Shown here one piece after another: positions 1-9,090 of a stretch of 64,000 nucleotides of DNA (positions within the stretch are counted from its first letter, which is position 1; the number at the start of each line of letters is the position of its first letter). The translations under genes and the position numbers were made by a program. The DNA comes from Alphaproteobacteria bacterium (GTDB lineage Bacteria; Myxococcota_A; UBA796; SXON01), in contig JBEIQS010000004.1 in assembly GCA_040376425.1 (NCBI GenBank), positions 53,617-117,616 on the forward strand, written 5' to 3'. The notes under the pieces were generated by a model. That model was not told where the DNA came from. It worked only from the letters and a program-made list of their open reading frames with translations, and ran no database searches.

Positions 1-509
1 CGCACCCGGAGGCTCTCCACTTCCAGCGCCGGCAGATCCAGGCCCGGTTGGGTCATCCGGTCGTATTGCACCTTCAGCTCCACCAGGGCCGCTTCCTGAT
101 CGCGCAAGGACACGGTGGCGGCCAGCCAGCGTGCTCTTGACCCGTCAAGGTCTCGGGCATAGCGCCGGTCTCGTTCGCCGCCTTCTACCGCCAGACTTCC
201 CACGAGCGCATCCACCTCTGCCTCGGCGGATTTGATCTGCTCGCTCAGTCCCGGTATTTCCAACGTCGCCAGCGTCTCACCGGCCACGACGTGCTGGCCC
301 TCCACCACGTTCATCTGGGCGATACGCCCGTTACTTCCTGCTCGAACCGGGTACAGGTCTACCTGTGCGGTGGCGAGGATGTCGGAGCTCGGCTCCAGGT
401 TGTAGAGGATCGCAGAGGTGAAGGCTGCGCCCAACCAGAAGAGAAAAGCGACGATCTTCTTGGCGTATGCCCGCAGGCGCCGTTGGAAGGGAATACGTCC
501 CGCTACCAT
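1..509 (-). CDS. HlyD-family membrane-fusion (periplasmic adaptor) protein, N-terminal part; 3' end runs off the window
   Basis: Not in the ORF track because it is open to the window edge. Manual minus-strand translation from ATG at 509 gives MVAGRIPFQRRLRAYAKKIVAFLFWLGAAFTSAILY (N-terminal TM anchor). This is followed by VRAGSNGRIAQMNVVEGQHVVAGETLATLE (lipoyl-like hairpin typical of HlyD/MFP) and coiled-coil-like SEQIKSAEAEVDAL. The start lies 1 nt after the stop of the upstream DUF4956 gene. Confidence 0.55.
   Translation of the reverse strand, partial: MVAGRIPFQRRLRAYAKKIVAFLFWLGAAFTSAILYNLEPSSDILATAQVDLYPVRAGSNGRIAQMNVVEGQHVVAGETLATLEIPGLSEQIKSAEAEVDALVGSLAVEGGERDRRYARDLDGSRARWLAATVSLRDQEAALVELKVQYDRMTQPGLDLPALEVESLRV
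132..150. repeat. palindromic motif copy TGCTCTTGACCCGTCAAGG (inside the HlyD-like CDS)
   Basis: Perfect 14-nt palindrome CTTGACCCGTCAAG with the same TGCT 5' flank as the copies at 17784 and 55168. Confidence 0.5.
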
Positions 510-1168
510 TCTTCCGCCTTTTCTTCGATGTGCAGGGCAACCTGCGTGGCGCCGATGGCTTTGAACGCCGCTTCAAAGGCTTCCCGCTCTTGCGGGTTGT
601 AGAGGCGTACTTCAAAACTATACTCGATCTCTTCTCCCTGCACCGGCCGCTCCTTCAGCAGCTTGTAGAAGGTACACCACTCTCCGATGATCTGCTCCAG
701 CGCGGACATACCGCCGGTGGTGCGTACCCGCAGAACTCCAGCATCTACGTAGCGGGAGCCGAACTGAGTGTAGTGCAGAACCATCGCGACGGTGCCGACG
801 ATCAGCGTCGCAACCACCGCGATAGCGGGCTGGTGGGCACCAACCGCAATCCCAACGGCCAGGGCCAGAAAGATGAAGGTGGTGTCCCTGGCGTCACGCA
901 CAACCGTTCGGAAGCGGATGATGGCCAAAGCGCCTACCAAACCAAATGCGCGCGCGATGCTGTCGCCCACCACCAGCATGACGCCGGTGACGATCATCGA
1001 AAGCATCACAATACTATGTACCATATTCCGGGACCAGGTCATCCCGCGGTGGGTGATGGAATACAGCCACGCAATGAGCTGACCCAACACAAAGGAGAGC
1101 AGAAGGCTGGCCACCACCATCGTCATGGGGGTGTGGGTGGCCACCATCGGGTCGGTCCAGGGATTCAC
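503..1168 (-). CDS. DUF4956-domain membrane protein
   Basis: C-terminal part of ORF 503..1363(-). Has TM helices (MTMVVASLLLSFVLGQLIAWLY, HSIVMLSMIVTGVMLVVG, FIFLALAVGIAVG) and the motif LVGALAIIRFRT typical of DUF4956. Probable GTG start at 1168 forms a GTGA overlap with the VTC gene stop; ATG at 1147 is the alternative. Confidence 0.6.
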   Translation of the reverse strand: MNPWTDPMVATHTPMTMVVASLLLSFVLGQLIAWLYSITHRGMTWSRNMVHSIVMLSMIVTGVMLVVGDSIARAFGLVGALAIIRFRTVVRDARDTTFIFLALAVGIAVGAHQPAIAVVATLIVGTVAMVLHYTQFGSRYVDAGVLRVRTTGGMSALEQIIGEWCTFYKLLKERPVQGEEIEYSFEVRLYNPQEREAFEAAFKAIGATQVALHIEEKAEEW

Positions 1169-1908
1169 AGCTCGCCTCCGTACATGGTATTTTTCGACCT
1201 TTTGGGAGGTTCTGTGAGGAGATCCACCGCATGTCGGTACTTGGACATGGCCTTCCGTTCGATATCGAAGTGACGCACCATATCGGCTATCCAGGGAGGA
1301 TAGGATTGCGTATACTTCAGCTCCAGAATCACCAAATCCTTCACTTCGGGCAACAGCGTCCACACCGGCGGCTCGCTCAAATCCACGGTCGGAGGTGCGG
1401 CCGCAATCTCCGAGTCGAAGGTCACCCGCACCAGATTTTCCCGGTCCTTCCCCACCCAGGCATCCCGCCGATAGGTGACCCAGGCCTTGGGAACGGCGCT
1501 GCGAAGATCCCGATGGGCGAGAAATTCCTCAAGCTGGGACGAGGATCGCAGGTTGGGCACCACTTCGCCCCGGAGCAGGCGAATGGCCTCCAGCCGGGTG
1601 ACCTCGGCCCGTGACTTCCACATCGCCTCGCCGGCGCGGGACTTGATCTCCAGAAACACGTTGTGTTTCGGCGTAAATCCGTAGGTACGCGCCCGGATCT
1701 TGAAGCGGCGGAACTTGCCGTTCCGGGTATCGCGGTACACACTCCAGTCGTCATCGTCCAGGTACAGAGAGTGTACCGGGTACGAAGCGCCGCCTCCTTC
1801 GCCGAAGGCATCCGGTTCCATAAAATTGGCGATCCACTTGGCCGCAGCTGCGGCGTGCGCCCCGTTGAGGCGGTACTTGATCTCAAAGCGGGTCGTCTTC
1901 TCTGGCAC
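1165..1908 (-). CDS. VTC-domain (polyphosphate polymerase domain / CYTH-like triphosphate tunnel) protein
   Basis: ORF 247 aa. FEIKYRL start, YPVHSLYLDDDDWSVYRD, FRRFKIRARTYG, VFLEIKSR and LVILELKY alternate basic/acidic beta-strands, as in bacterial VTC-domain proteins. Confidence 0.7.
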   Translation of the reverse strand: MPEKTTRFEIKYRLNGAHAAAAAKWIANFMEPDAFGEGGGASYPVHSLYLDDDDWSVYRDTRNGKFRRFKIRARTYGFTPKHNVFLEIKSRAGEAMWKSRAEVTRLEAIRLLRGEVVPNLRSSSQLEEFLAHRDLRSAVPKAWVTYRRDAWVGKDRENLVRVTFDSEIAAAPPTVDLSEPPVWTLLPEVKDLVILELKYTQSYPPWIADMVRHFDIERKAMSKYRHAVDLLTEPPKRSKNTMYGGEL

Positions 1909-2014
1909 CTGTCACCTGAGCGTCACATAGTAGAGGAGAAGCAGGCGGGCTGCAACCGATTCCGAACGAGCGGGAAAGGTTGCGGGTCGCCGTCGCTTCC
2001 GCTACAGGGATACT

Positions 2015-2617
2015 ATGCCTGTGATTCTCATACTTGGGTTGTTGGCTTGTCAAGACTTTCCGTGGTTTGGGAAGAATCCGGGGGACTCTGATGGGCCCGC
2101 TGGGGACGACAGCAGCGGAACCGGTGGCGACAACGGGGATGATTCGGGGGGTAGTAGTTCTAATTTTTGCAGTAAGAAGCTGGACTCGTCTACTCCGGGT
2201 GGGCCGGATTGTGTGACCGATACCATCTCCTGCGGGCAGACGATCCAGGGGACCACCAAAGGTGGTTCCTCCGTACTGAATGAAGATTTGTATGATTCGT
2301 GGTTTTGTGGCTATCCAGCTCCTTCTTCCTTTGAGGGGTCCGAGCGGGTGTACCTCCTTGATCTGGACGGGGCCTACGACATTCAGGTGGAGCTTTCCAG
2401 TCCCTGCAAGGAAGTGGACTTGCTGGCCATACACTTTGAATCCGAACGTTGTCCCTATGAAAACGTTCCCATCTCCGAGTGTGAGGCCGCCTGGAAGGAT
2501 GGCAGCGACCACCAGACCCTGTACACCGATCGTCCGTACCGGTTTTTTCTGGTGGTGGAGTCGCGCTCAGGGGACCCTACGAATTTTGAGCTGAGCGTGG
2601 ACTGCACCGCGCTGTGA
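2015..2617 (+). CDS. secreted lipoprotein, unknown function (Gly/Asp/Ser-rich linker plus Cys-containing beta-rich domain)
   Basis: ORF 200 aa. Lipobox LGLLAC near the N-terminus, a low-complexity GDDSSGTGGDNGDDSGGSSS linker, and 8 Cys in the globular part. Confidence 0.5.
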   Translation: MPVILILGLLACQDFPWFGKNPGDSDGPAGDDSSGTGGDNGDDSGGSSSNFCSKKLDSSTPGGPDCVTDTISCGQTIQGTTKGGSSVLNEDLYDSWFCGYPAPSSFEGSERVYLLDLDGAYDIQVELSSPCKEVDLLAIHFESERCPYENVPISECEAAWKDGSDHQTLYTDRPYRFFLVVESRSGDPTNFELSVDCTAL

Positions 2618-2686
2618 GTGCGGCCAGAAATACAGCGGTTGGCGCGCACTCCGGCTGCCGGTGACTTTTCGGGTTAGGGTGCGGCG

Positions 2687-3226
2687 ATGGACTACAGCCT
2701 CTCTGCCTCTGGTGCCTTTTCGGTCTGGGATGCCGGTAATGCCTCCCCGTCGATCCTGCGACTTCTGCCTTGGGTCCACCACCCGCCTGCAAAAGTGCTG
2801 GTTCCTGGCCTGGGATCTGGGCAGGAGGTTTCTGCACTGCACGCGCGAGGCTATGCGGTGTTGGCCGTGGAGCGGGCACCCTCTGCTGCCGATCTGCCGG
2901 TGGAGCGCGGTGATTTTGTACACTCTAACTATCAGGGCAGCTTTGATCTGATTTGTGAGCGTGGGTATTTTGCGACTCTGCCCCCCTCGGAGCGGGGTGC
3001 CTATGTGCAGGCGGCCGCTCGTGCGCTGCGGCCCGGCGGGATTCTGTTTGGGGTCTTTCTGGAGGGGAGGACCCCGACGGATCGGGCGCCCTTCGGCACC
3101 ACGGCCGCCGAGCTGTTGCGGGCCTTTGCACCGGCCTTTGACGTGCAGTTCCTGGGACCGGCGCCCTTCGGAGGGCCCGGGGAGCGGGCGCTGCTGGAAG
3201 CCATCCTCGTTCGCCGTGTGGATTGA
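2687..3226 (+). CDS. SAM-dependent methyltransferase (thiopurine S-methyltransferase-like)
   Basis: ORF 179 aa. SAM motif I VLVPGLGSGQEV, then acidic loop AVLAVERAP, then ALRPGGILFGVF (post-I/II motifs). Confidence 0.6.
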   Translation: MDYSLSASGAFSVWDAGNASPSILRLLPWVHHPPAKVLVPGLGSGQEVSALHARGYAVLAVERAPSAADLPVERGDFVHSNYQGSFDLICERGYFATLPPSERGAYVQAAARALRPGGILFGVFLEGRTPTDRAPFGTTAAELLRAFAPAFDVQFLGPAPFGGPGERALLEAILVRRVD

Positions 3227-3229
3227 ACC

Positions 3230-4192
3230 GTGGCGACGCTCGATTTTGTAGGAATCGAAAAATCCTACGGTGCGGTGCGGGTCTTGCATCGGGTAGATCT
3301 GAGTGTGGCCGACGGTGAGTTTTTGGTCCTCGTTGGCCCCTCTGGCTGTGGAAAGAGTACCTTGCTCCGCAGTATCGCCGGGTTGGAAGAGATCACCTCG
3401 GGTGAGCTGCGTATCGACGGCAAGCGGGTGAATGACACTGCTCCCGCCGATCGCGACGTGGCCATGGTCTTCCAGAGCTATGCCCTGTATCCGCACATGA
3501 CCGTGCGCGAGAACATGGCCTTCGCGCTGCGGTTGAAGAAACATCCAGAGACGGATTCGCGGGTGGCCGAGGCCGCGCGGATGTTGGGGCTGGAGCCTCT
3601 CCTGGACCGGCTGCCCAAGGAGTTGTCCGGTGGTCAGCGCCAGCGGGTTGCGATGGGGCGTGCGATTGTTAGACGTCCAAAGGTGTTTCTTTTTGATGAG
3701 CCCCTCTCCAACCTGGATGCTGCGCTTCGGCAGCAGCTCCGGGTGGAGATCAAGCGCCTGCAAAGCAGCCTGCGTACCACCACGGTCTATGTCACGCACG
3801 ACCAGATCGAGGCGATGACCCTGGCGGATCGGATTGTGGTCCTGCAAGGGGGCGTGTTGCAGCAGGTGGGCAGTCCGGATGAGCTGTACAACAACCCTGC
3901 CAATCGATTCGTGGCCGGTTTTATTGGTAGTCCCTCCATGAACTTTTTGGAGAAGGTGGAAGCCGGCGTGGTGGTGGGGGTGCGGCCCAATGATGTGGTG
4001 TTGGGGGCGGGGCCGCTGAAGGGGCAGGTCGAGGTGGTGGAGCGTATGGGCTTTGAGTCCATGGTGCACCTGCGGGTGGGGGGAGAGGCGCTTGTGGCGC
4101 GGGTGGAAGGTGAGCCCCCCACGGGAGAGGTGGCGCTGCGCCTGGAGCGATTTTATCGCTTTGATCCAGCCACCGGGGCCAGGCTCCGTTGA
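3230..4192 (+). CDS. sugar ABC transporter ATP-binding protein (MalK/UgpC family)
   Basis: Walker [11 protein letters not shown]-loop [14 protein letters not shown], signature [14 protein letters not shown], Walker [14 protein letters not shown]-loop TTVYVTHD, plus a C-terminal MalK-type regulatory domain. Confidence 0.9.
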   Translation: MATLDFVGIEKSYGAVRVLHRVDLSVADGEFLVLVGPSGCGKSTLLRSIAGLEEITSGELRIDGKRVNDTAPADRDVAMVFQSYALYPHMTVRENMAFALRLKKHPETDSRVAEAARMLGLEPLLDRLPKELSGGQRQRVAMGRAIVRRPKVFLFDEPLSNLDAALRQQLRVEIKRLQSSLRTTTVYVTHDQIEAMTLADRIVVLQGGVLQQVGSPDELYNNPANRFVAGFIGSPSMNFLEKVEAGVVVGVRPNDVVLGAGPLKGQVEVVERMGFESMVHLRVGGEALVARVEGEPPTGEVALRLERFYRFDPATGARLR

Positions 4193-6261
4193 TCGCGCTC
4201 CTGACGACCGCCTGGGCCGGGGAGCTGACCCTTTGGCATGCCTATCGGGCGGAAGAAAAGCAGGCGATCGAGCAGGCCTGTGCGGTGTGGCAGGCCGCCC
4301 ATCCGGGCACCACCGTGCTGCCGGTGGCGGTGCCCTACGAGGGGCTGGCGTCCAAGCTGGAAGCCGCCATCCCCCGCGGAAATGGCCCCGATCTTTTCAT
4401 CTTCGCGCATGAGCGCATTGCGACGTGGTCCCAGGCGGGGGTTATCCTTCCGGTGCAGGCGCTGGATGGCGCGATGGGCAGTGCCACCACCGCCCTGACC
4501 TGGGAGCGCAAGACCTGGGGCTGGCCACTCTCCGTTAAAAGCCTTGCGCTATTTTACAATAAAAAGATGGTGGAGGTGCCACCGGGCAACGAGACGGCGC
4601 TGTGGGAGCTGGTGCAGCGCCCCAAGGCCGAGGGCAGCTTCTGGCTGGCCTATGAGGTGGCCAGCGCCTACCACGCGGCGCCTTGGATGCACGGCTACGG
4701 CGGCGGGGTCTTTCAGGGAGAGAAGGTCGCGCTGGATCGCGCCGAAAACGTGCTTGCGCTGGATCTGATTCAGCGTCTGGCCGTGGAGGTGGTGCCCCAG
4801 GAGCCCACCGGAGCGCTGGTGACCCAGCTCTTCAACGAGGGCCGGGCGGCGATGGTGATCAATGGGCCATGGATGCTGGGGGAGATCACCGGTGTGGACT
4901 ACGGGGTGGCCTCGCTTCCCGTGCTTTCTTCCGGACTTCCTGCTGCGCCCTACCTGAGTGTGGAGGCTGCCTTTTTGAGCCGGGACAGTGCCGAGGCGCG
5001 GGAGCTGGGCGCCTGGCTGGCGGGGCCCGAGGCCGCGAAAATCCGGCAGGATGTGGGCCGCCAGATCGTGGCGCGCGATGATGTGGAGAGTAGCGACCCG
5101 GTGCTGAACGCCTTCCGCAAGCAGGCGACGGTGGCGGTGCCGATGCCGGTCCGCTCGGAGATGGGGCAGACCTGGGAACCCTTGGCGCGCAGCCTGCGTC
5201 GCCTCACCCGGGGTGCGGTAACCCCAGAGGTGGCGGCCGCAGAGGCGCAGAGCACCTACGCGATCCTTTCGCGCCCGGTGCCGCCCCCCGCAGCGCCTTG
5301 GCCCTATGTGGGGCTGCTGGCGGCGGTGCTGGTGGCTGCGGCGGTGTGGTTTGTGCGGGAGCTGCGGGCGGTCAAGCTTCGGCCCTGGGCCTTTGCCTAC
5401 CTGTATGTTGCGCCGGCCTTTGGGGCGATGACCCTTCTGACTGTCCTTCCATTTGTAGTCGGGGCTACAATTTCCCTGTTTGAGCAGGAGGGGCAGGCGT
5501 GGACCTTTGTGGGGATCTCCAACTTCCTGGACATCCTGCTGGCACGGGATTTTCCGCTCTCTTCGCCGCTCTCTTTTGTGTCCACGCTGACCGTTACCAT
5601 CCTGTGGACGGTGAGCAATGTGCTGCTGCATGTGGGCATCGGGGTGGCACTGGCGATGATGCTGCGGGAGCCCTGGGTGCGGATGCGGGGGGCCTTCCGG
5701 GCGCTGCTGATCCTGCCCTGGGCGATTCCTTCTTACATTACTGCTTTGATTTGGAAAAACCTGTTTCATCAACAGTTTGGTGCGATCAACGCCCTGCTGC
5801 GGCTGTTAGGGGCTGAGCCGATCTCGTGGTTTGCCAACTTCTCTACGGCCTTCGCGGCGAATCTGACGACGAACACCTGGCTTGGCTTTCCCTTTATGAT
5901 GGTGGTGACGCTCGGTGCCCTTCAGAGCATCCCCCGGGATCTGGAGGAGGCGGCCGAGGTGGACGGGGCGGGAGCCTGGGATCGTTTCCGGCATGTGACC
6001 CTTCCATTGTTGAAACCTGCACTTTTGCCCGCGGTCATCCTGGGCAGTGTGTGGACCTTCAACATGTTCAATATCATCTACCTGGTCAGCGGCGGTGAGC
6101 CGGACGGCAGTACCGACGTACTGGTTTCTCAGGCCTACCGATGGGCATTTACGCGCGGCCACCGCTATGGCTACGCGGCCGCCTACGCGGTGATCATCTT
6201 TGGGGTGCTGGTGATCTACGGTCGTCTTGCCAATCGTCTGGCAGGGAAGAAGGTAGTTTGA
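4189..6261 (+). CDS. fused periplasmic solute-binding (MalE-like) domain plus ABC permease (MalF-like)
   Basis: ORF 690 aa. The N-terminal ~350 aa resemble maltose-binding protein (LTLWHAY..., [30 protein letters not shown]). The C-terminal half has 6+ TM helices and the EAA loop [27 protein letters not shown] start overlaps the malK-like stop. Confidence 0.8.
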   Translation: MIALLTTAWAGELTLWHAYRAEEKQAIEQACAVWQAAHPGTTVLPVAVPYEGLASKLEAAIPRGNGPDLFIFAHERIATWSQAGVILPVQALDGAMGSATTALTWERKTWGWPLSVKSLALFYNKKMVEVPPGNETALWELVQRPKAEGSFWLAYEVASAYHAAPWMHGYGGGVFQGEKVALDRAENVLALDLIQRLAVEVVPQEPTGALVTQLFNEGRAAMVINGPWMLGEITGVDYGVASLPVLSSGLPAAPYLSVEAAFLSRDSAEARELGAWLAGPEAAKIRQDVGRQIVARDDVESSDPVLNAFRKQATVAVPMPVRSEMGQTWEPLARSLRRLTRGAVTPEVAAAEAQSTYAILSRPVPPPAAPWPYVGLLAAVLVAAAVWFVRELRAVKLRPWAFAYLYVAPAFGAMTLLTVLPFVVGATISLFEQEGQAWTFVGISNFLDILLARDFPLSSPLSFVSTLTVTILWTVSNVLLHVGIGVALAMMLREPWVRMRGAFRALLILPWAIPSYITALIWKNLFHQQFGAINALLRLLGAEPISWFANFSTAFAANLTTNTWLGFPFMMVVTLGALQSIPRDLEEAAEVDGAGAWDRFRHVTLPLLKPALLPAVILGSVWTFNMFNIIYLVSGGEPDGSTDVLVSQAYRWAFTRGHRYGYAAAYAVIIFGVLVIYGRLANRLAGKKVV

Positions 6262-6277
6262 TGAAGGGGAAACGTCC

Positions 6278-7126
6278 ATGAGATCTCCCTCCACCGTCAA
6301 AGTGGTCGCGGTCCACAGCCTGCTCCTCCTCTTCACCGTCGCCACTCTTTTCCCGGTGTTGTGGGTGGTGAAGATGGCGCTGGAGCCCGGGCAGGGGATG
6401 GCGGTGAGTATCAATCCCTTCCCCACCGAGATCACCTTTGCCAATTTTGAGGCGGTGCTCTTCACCAAAGCGGGTGATGGAAGTTGGTTATTTGGGCGGC
6501 AGCTCCTGAACTCCCTGGTGGTTTCCACCGTGACGGCTGCCGTGGGTGTGGGCCTGGCGGCTACGGCCGGCTACGCACTGTCCCGTTGGAATTTCCCGGG
6601 GCGCGATCGGGCCATGGCCATCTTCCTGCTGACGCAGATGTTCCCCGGGGTGGTGATGTTGATCCCGCTGTACATCCTGCTGGATGAGCTGGGGCTCTTG
6701 GACTCGATGGCGGGGTTGATCCTGGTCTATTCCACCACGTCGGTACCTTTTGCCACCTGGAACCTGAAGGGCTACTTCGACACGATTCCAAAAGATCTGG
6801 AAGAAGCAGCGATGTTGGATGGTGCCTCGCGCTGGGTCACCTTCACGCAGGTGATCCTGCCGCTCGCCCGCCCGGCGCTGGTGGTGACCGCGCTGTTCGC
6901 CTTTATGACCGCCTGGAACGAGTACATTCTCGCCGCCACCCTGATGGGCGACGAGCGCGGCTTCACCCTTCCGGTGGTCCTGAAGGGCTACGTTGGCGAG
7001 TTTGGTGCGCAGTGGGGCTATTTTGCGGCAGGCGCGATCCTGGTCAGCCTGCCCGTCACCGCTCTCTTCTTCATGCTGCAGCGCTTCCTGGTGGAAGGGC
7101 TTACCGCCGGCAGCGTCAAGGGCTGA
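6278..7126 (+). CDS. sugar ABC transporter permease (MalG-like)
   Basis: ORF 282 aa, 6 TM helices, EAA loop LEEAAMLDGASRWVTFTQVILPLARP. Confidence 0.85.
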   Translation: MRSPSTVKVVAVHSLLLLFTVATLFPVLWVVKMALEPGQGMAVSINPFPTEITFANFEAVLFTKAGDGSWLFGRQLLNSLVVSTVTAAVGVGLAATAGYALSRWNFPGRDRAMAIFLLTQMFPGVVMLIPLYILLDELGLLDSMAGLILVYSTTSVPFATWNLKGYFDTIPKDLEEAAMLDGASRWVTFTQVILPLARPALVVTALFAFMTAWNEYILAATLMGDERGFTLPVVLKGYVGEFGAQWGYFAAGAILVSLPVTALFFMLQRFLVEGLTAGSVKG

Positions 7127-7151
7127 GCGGGGGAGGGACTGACACCCCCGC
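7127..7151. terminator. candidate hairpin between convergent genes (GCGGGGG-N11-CCCCCGC)
   Basis: 7-bp GC stem read directly from the sequence, immediately after the permease stop and before the stop of the convergent 7175.. gene. There is no U-tract. Confidence 0.3.
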
Positions 7152-7174
7152 CGCTCCGGCGCCGCATCAAAAGC

Positions 7175-8440
7175 CTACTTCATCGCCGCTGCAAGAGCAT
7201 CCAGGGTGCTGGTCGCGATCCCGAAGACAGGCCCGCCCGCCTCCTCGCGCGCCACACGCAGGTCGCCCACCTGCTGGCCGATGTAGATCACGGTCTGCTT
7301 CTCCTCTCCCAGCTTGATCCGCAGGGTGCCCCAGGATTCGGCTGGGGCGGGCAGGTCGGCCTTGCTGCGGTCCACCGCGGCGCCCTCCAGCACCTCCAGG
7401 AAGGCATCCACACTCACCGGCTTGCCCTCGCTGCTGGCCCAGGTACCTTCCTGGCGTGTGTATTTTGCACTACGGTCTCCCAGCTTCAGGTCCAGCGCTT
7501 CGATCAGGTAGCGGTTGTCATTGAACAGCTTGCTGCTCTCCCAGCCGCTCAGGCGCAGCAGGTCCAGCGCCTTGCTGTCCACCCGCACCAGGCCTCCGCT
7601 GCCGGTCTGTGCGGCCGCTCCGTCCATATCACGTGTTCCAAAGCGCAGACTCTGGGTGGCATCTCCGCCCTCCACGCTCAGGACTGCCGTGGGGTTCACC
7701 AGGCCCAGGGTGGCCGGGTCCTGTCCGTCCAGGAAGTCTACAGCCTTCAGGGCGGCGGCACCGCTCAACCACTCGGTGACCTTTTCTTTGTCGGCGCGCG
7801 GCCCGTTGTCCCCGATCCACCAACCATCTCCCTCTTTGCGCAGCGTCAGGCTCTGACCGTCCACCTCGATCCGGATCCGGCGCGCGTCGTAGGCGGACAC
7901 CGACCACAGCTCCTTGCTGCGGAAGTCCATCACCTGTCGGCCCGCCAGCTCCGAGAGTCGGGAGGTGGCCAACACCGGAAGGGACGTTTCGTCCTTCTTT
8001 ACATAGCTCTTGTAGCCCACCGGCGTATCCCGGCCGACAAAGACAGAAAACGTCGTACCGTCGGCCTTGGCCAGCACCACCTCGGTCCGGGCGGTCTCAT
8101 CCAGACCGTAGTCGGCCAGGGCGCCACCCAGGGTGCGCTCTTCGACTTTGGTGCTTGAAAAGCGCTCGATAATCTCTTCTACCTTGCGCGCTTCCACAGA
8201 AAGCTCGCGCGGCGACACCATTTTCCAGTTCTCGCCATCCTTTTCAAAACGCAGCTTCCCCGACGCGCGGCGCAGCTCCAGGCTCTGGATGTCCTTGTTT
8301 TCAAAGGAAAAGAGCTTGCTGGTTACCGGTGCGTCCGGATCGCTGGACGTCTCCTCTTCTGCGCCACCCTCTTTTTCCTGGTAGCGCTTGACCAGGACGG
8401 GTACGAGCAGGACCAACAGGACGATGGTCAACACGGTCAT
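7175..8440 (-). CDS. DUF4340-like secreted/anchored protein
   Basis: Inner part of ORF 7175..8647(-). Start chosen at MTVLTIVLLVLLVPVLV (N-terminal anchor); ATG 8473 is the alternative. Shows the repeated beta-rich modules with W/G motifs typical of DUF4340 proteins. Family call by eye only. Confidence 0.5.
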   Translation of the reverse strand: MTVLTIVLLVLLVPVLVKRYQEKEGGAEEETSSDPDAPVTSKLFSFENKDIQSLELRRASGKLRFEKDGENWKMVSPRELSVEARKVEEIIERFSSTKVEERTLGGALADYGLDETARTEVVLAKADGTTFSVFVGRDTPVGYKSYVKKDETSLPVLATSRLSELAGRQVMDFRSKELWSVSAYDARRIRIEVDGQSLTLRKEGDGWWIGDNGPRADKEKVTEWLSGAAALKAVDFLDGQDPATLGLVNPTAVLSVEGGDATQSLRFGTRDMDGAAAQTGSGGLVRVDSKALDLLRLSGWESSKLFNDNRYLIEALDLKLGDRSAKYTRQEGTWASSEGKPVSVDAFLEVLEGAAVDRSKADLPAPAESWGTLRIKLGEEKQTVIYIGQQVGDLRVAREEAGGPVFGIATSTLDALAAAMK

Positions 8441-8475
8441 CAGACGGTTCTGGCCTTCCACGATACACCCCATGC

Positions 8476-8503
8476 TTGACAGATGCGGCCGGGTGCCTAT
8501 CCT
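8476..8503 (+). promoter_or_regulatory. candidate sigma70-type promoter of grpE (TTGACA-N16-TATCCT)
   Basis: TTGACA at 8476-8481 and TATCCT at 8498-8503. GGAAAGAGG follows at 8511-8519 and the ATG at 8527. Confidence 0.3.
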
Positions 8504-8526
8504 CCCGCGAGGAAAGAGGCAGCGCC

Positions 8527-9090
8527 ATGAGTGGGAATGGACAAGATGTGGAGAATGAAGCCGCCGAGCAGGGGGCCAATGTGGTCGACCTTCCGGTAGA
8601 CGAAGAAAAGGCCGCCCTGCAGCAGCGGGTGAACGAGCTGGAAGCACGGCTGCGCACGGTGAGTGCAGCCTTCAAAGAGAAACAGGATGAGATCCAGGCC
8701 ACCAAGGAGCGCCTCGCGCGCCACGCGATGGTGGAGGAGGAGATCCGTCGGGGGGAAGTGGTCACTTCGCTCTTTGAGCCGGTGGAGAACCTGAACCGCT
8801 CCATCCAGGCGAACCGCGCCCTGCCGGAGGAGACGGTCACCGGTCTGCGGATGATCCACACCGAATTTATGGCTGCGCTCAAAAAGCTGGGCCTGGAAGA
8901 GACCTCGGGTGTGGGTGCGGTCTTTGATCCCAACAACCACGAGGCCATTGCGACGCAGCCGGTGGTGGATCCCGAGCAGGACAACAAGATCATCGCCGTC
9001 TATTCCACGGGCTACCGCATTGGAAAGCGCTTGGTTCGCCCGGCCCGGGTGGTGATCGGCCGCTACGAAGAGCCCTCGGCCGAAGCCTGA
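8527..9090 (+). CDS. grpE: nucleotide exchange factor GrpE
   Basis: Coiled-coil N-terminus (LQQRVNELEARLRTVSAAFKEKQDE) and a C-terminal beta-domain FDPNNHEAIATQP...YRIGKRLVRPARVVI characteristic of GrpE. Confidence 0.9.
   Translation: MSGNGQDVENEAAEQGANVVDLPVDEEKAALQQRVNELEARLRTVSAAFKEKQDEIQATKERLARHAMVEEEIRRGEVVTSLFEPVENLNRSIQANRALPEETVTGLRMIHTEFMAALKKLGLEETSGVGAVFDPNNHEAIATQPVVDPEQDNKIIAVYSTGYRIGKRLVRPARVVIGRYEEPSAEA

Noticed and set aside
2567-4069. 500-aa minus-strand ORF
   Set aside because: It is antisense to the methyltransferase and MalK-like genes, which have unmistakable Walker/signature motifs. The ORF is H/R/P/G/Q-rich.
8441-8526. CIRCE or HAIR heat-shock operator upstream of grpE
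   Set aside because: I looked for TTAGCACTC-N9-GAGTGCTAA and CTTGAGT-N7-ACTCAAG. Neither is present; there are only sigma70-like hexamers.
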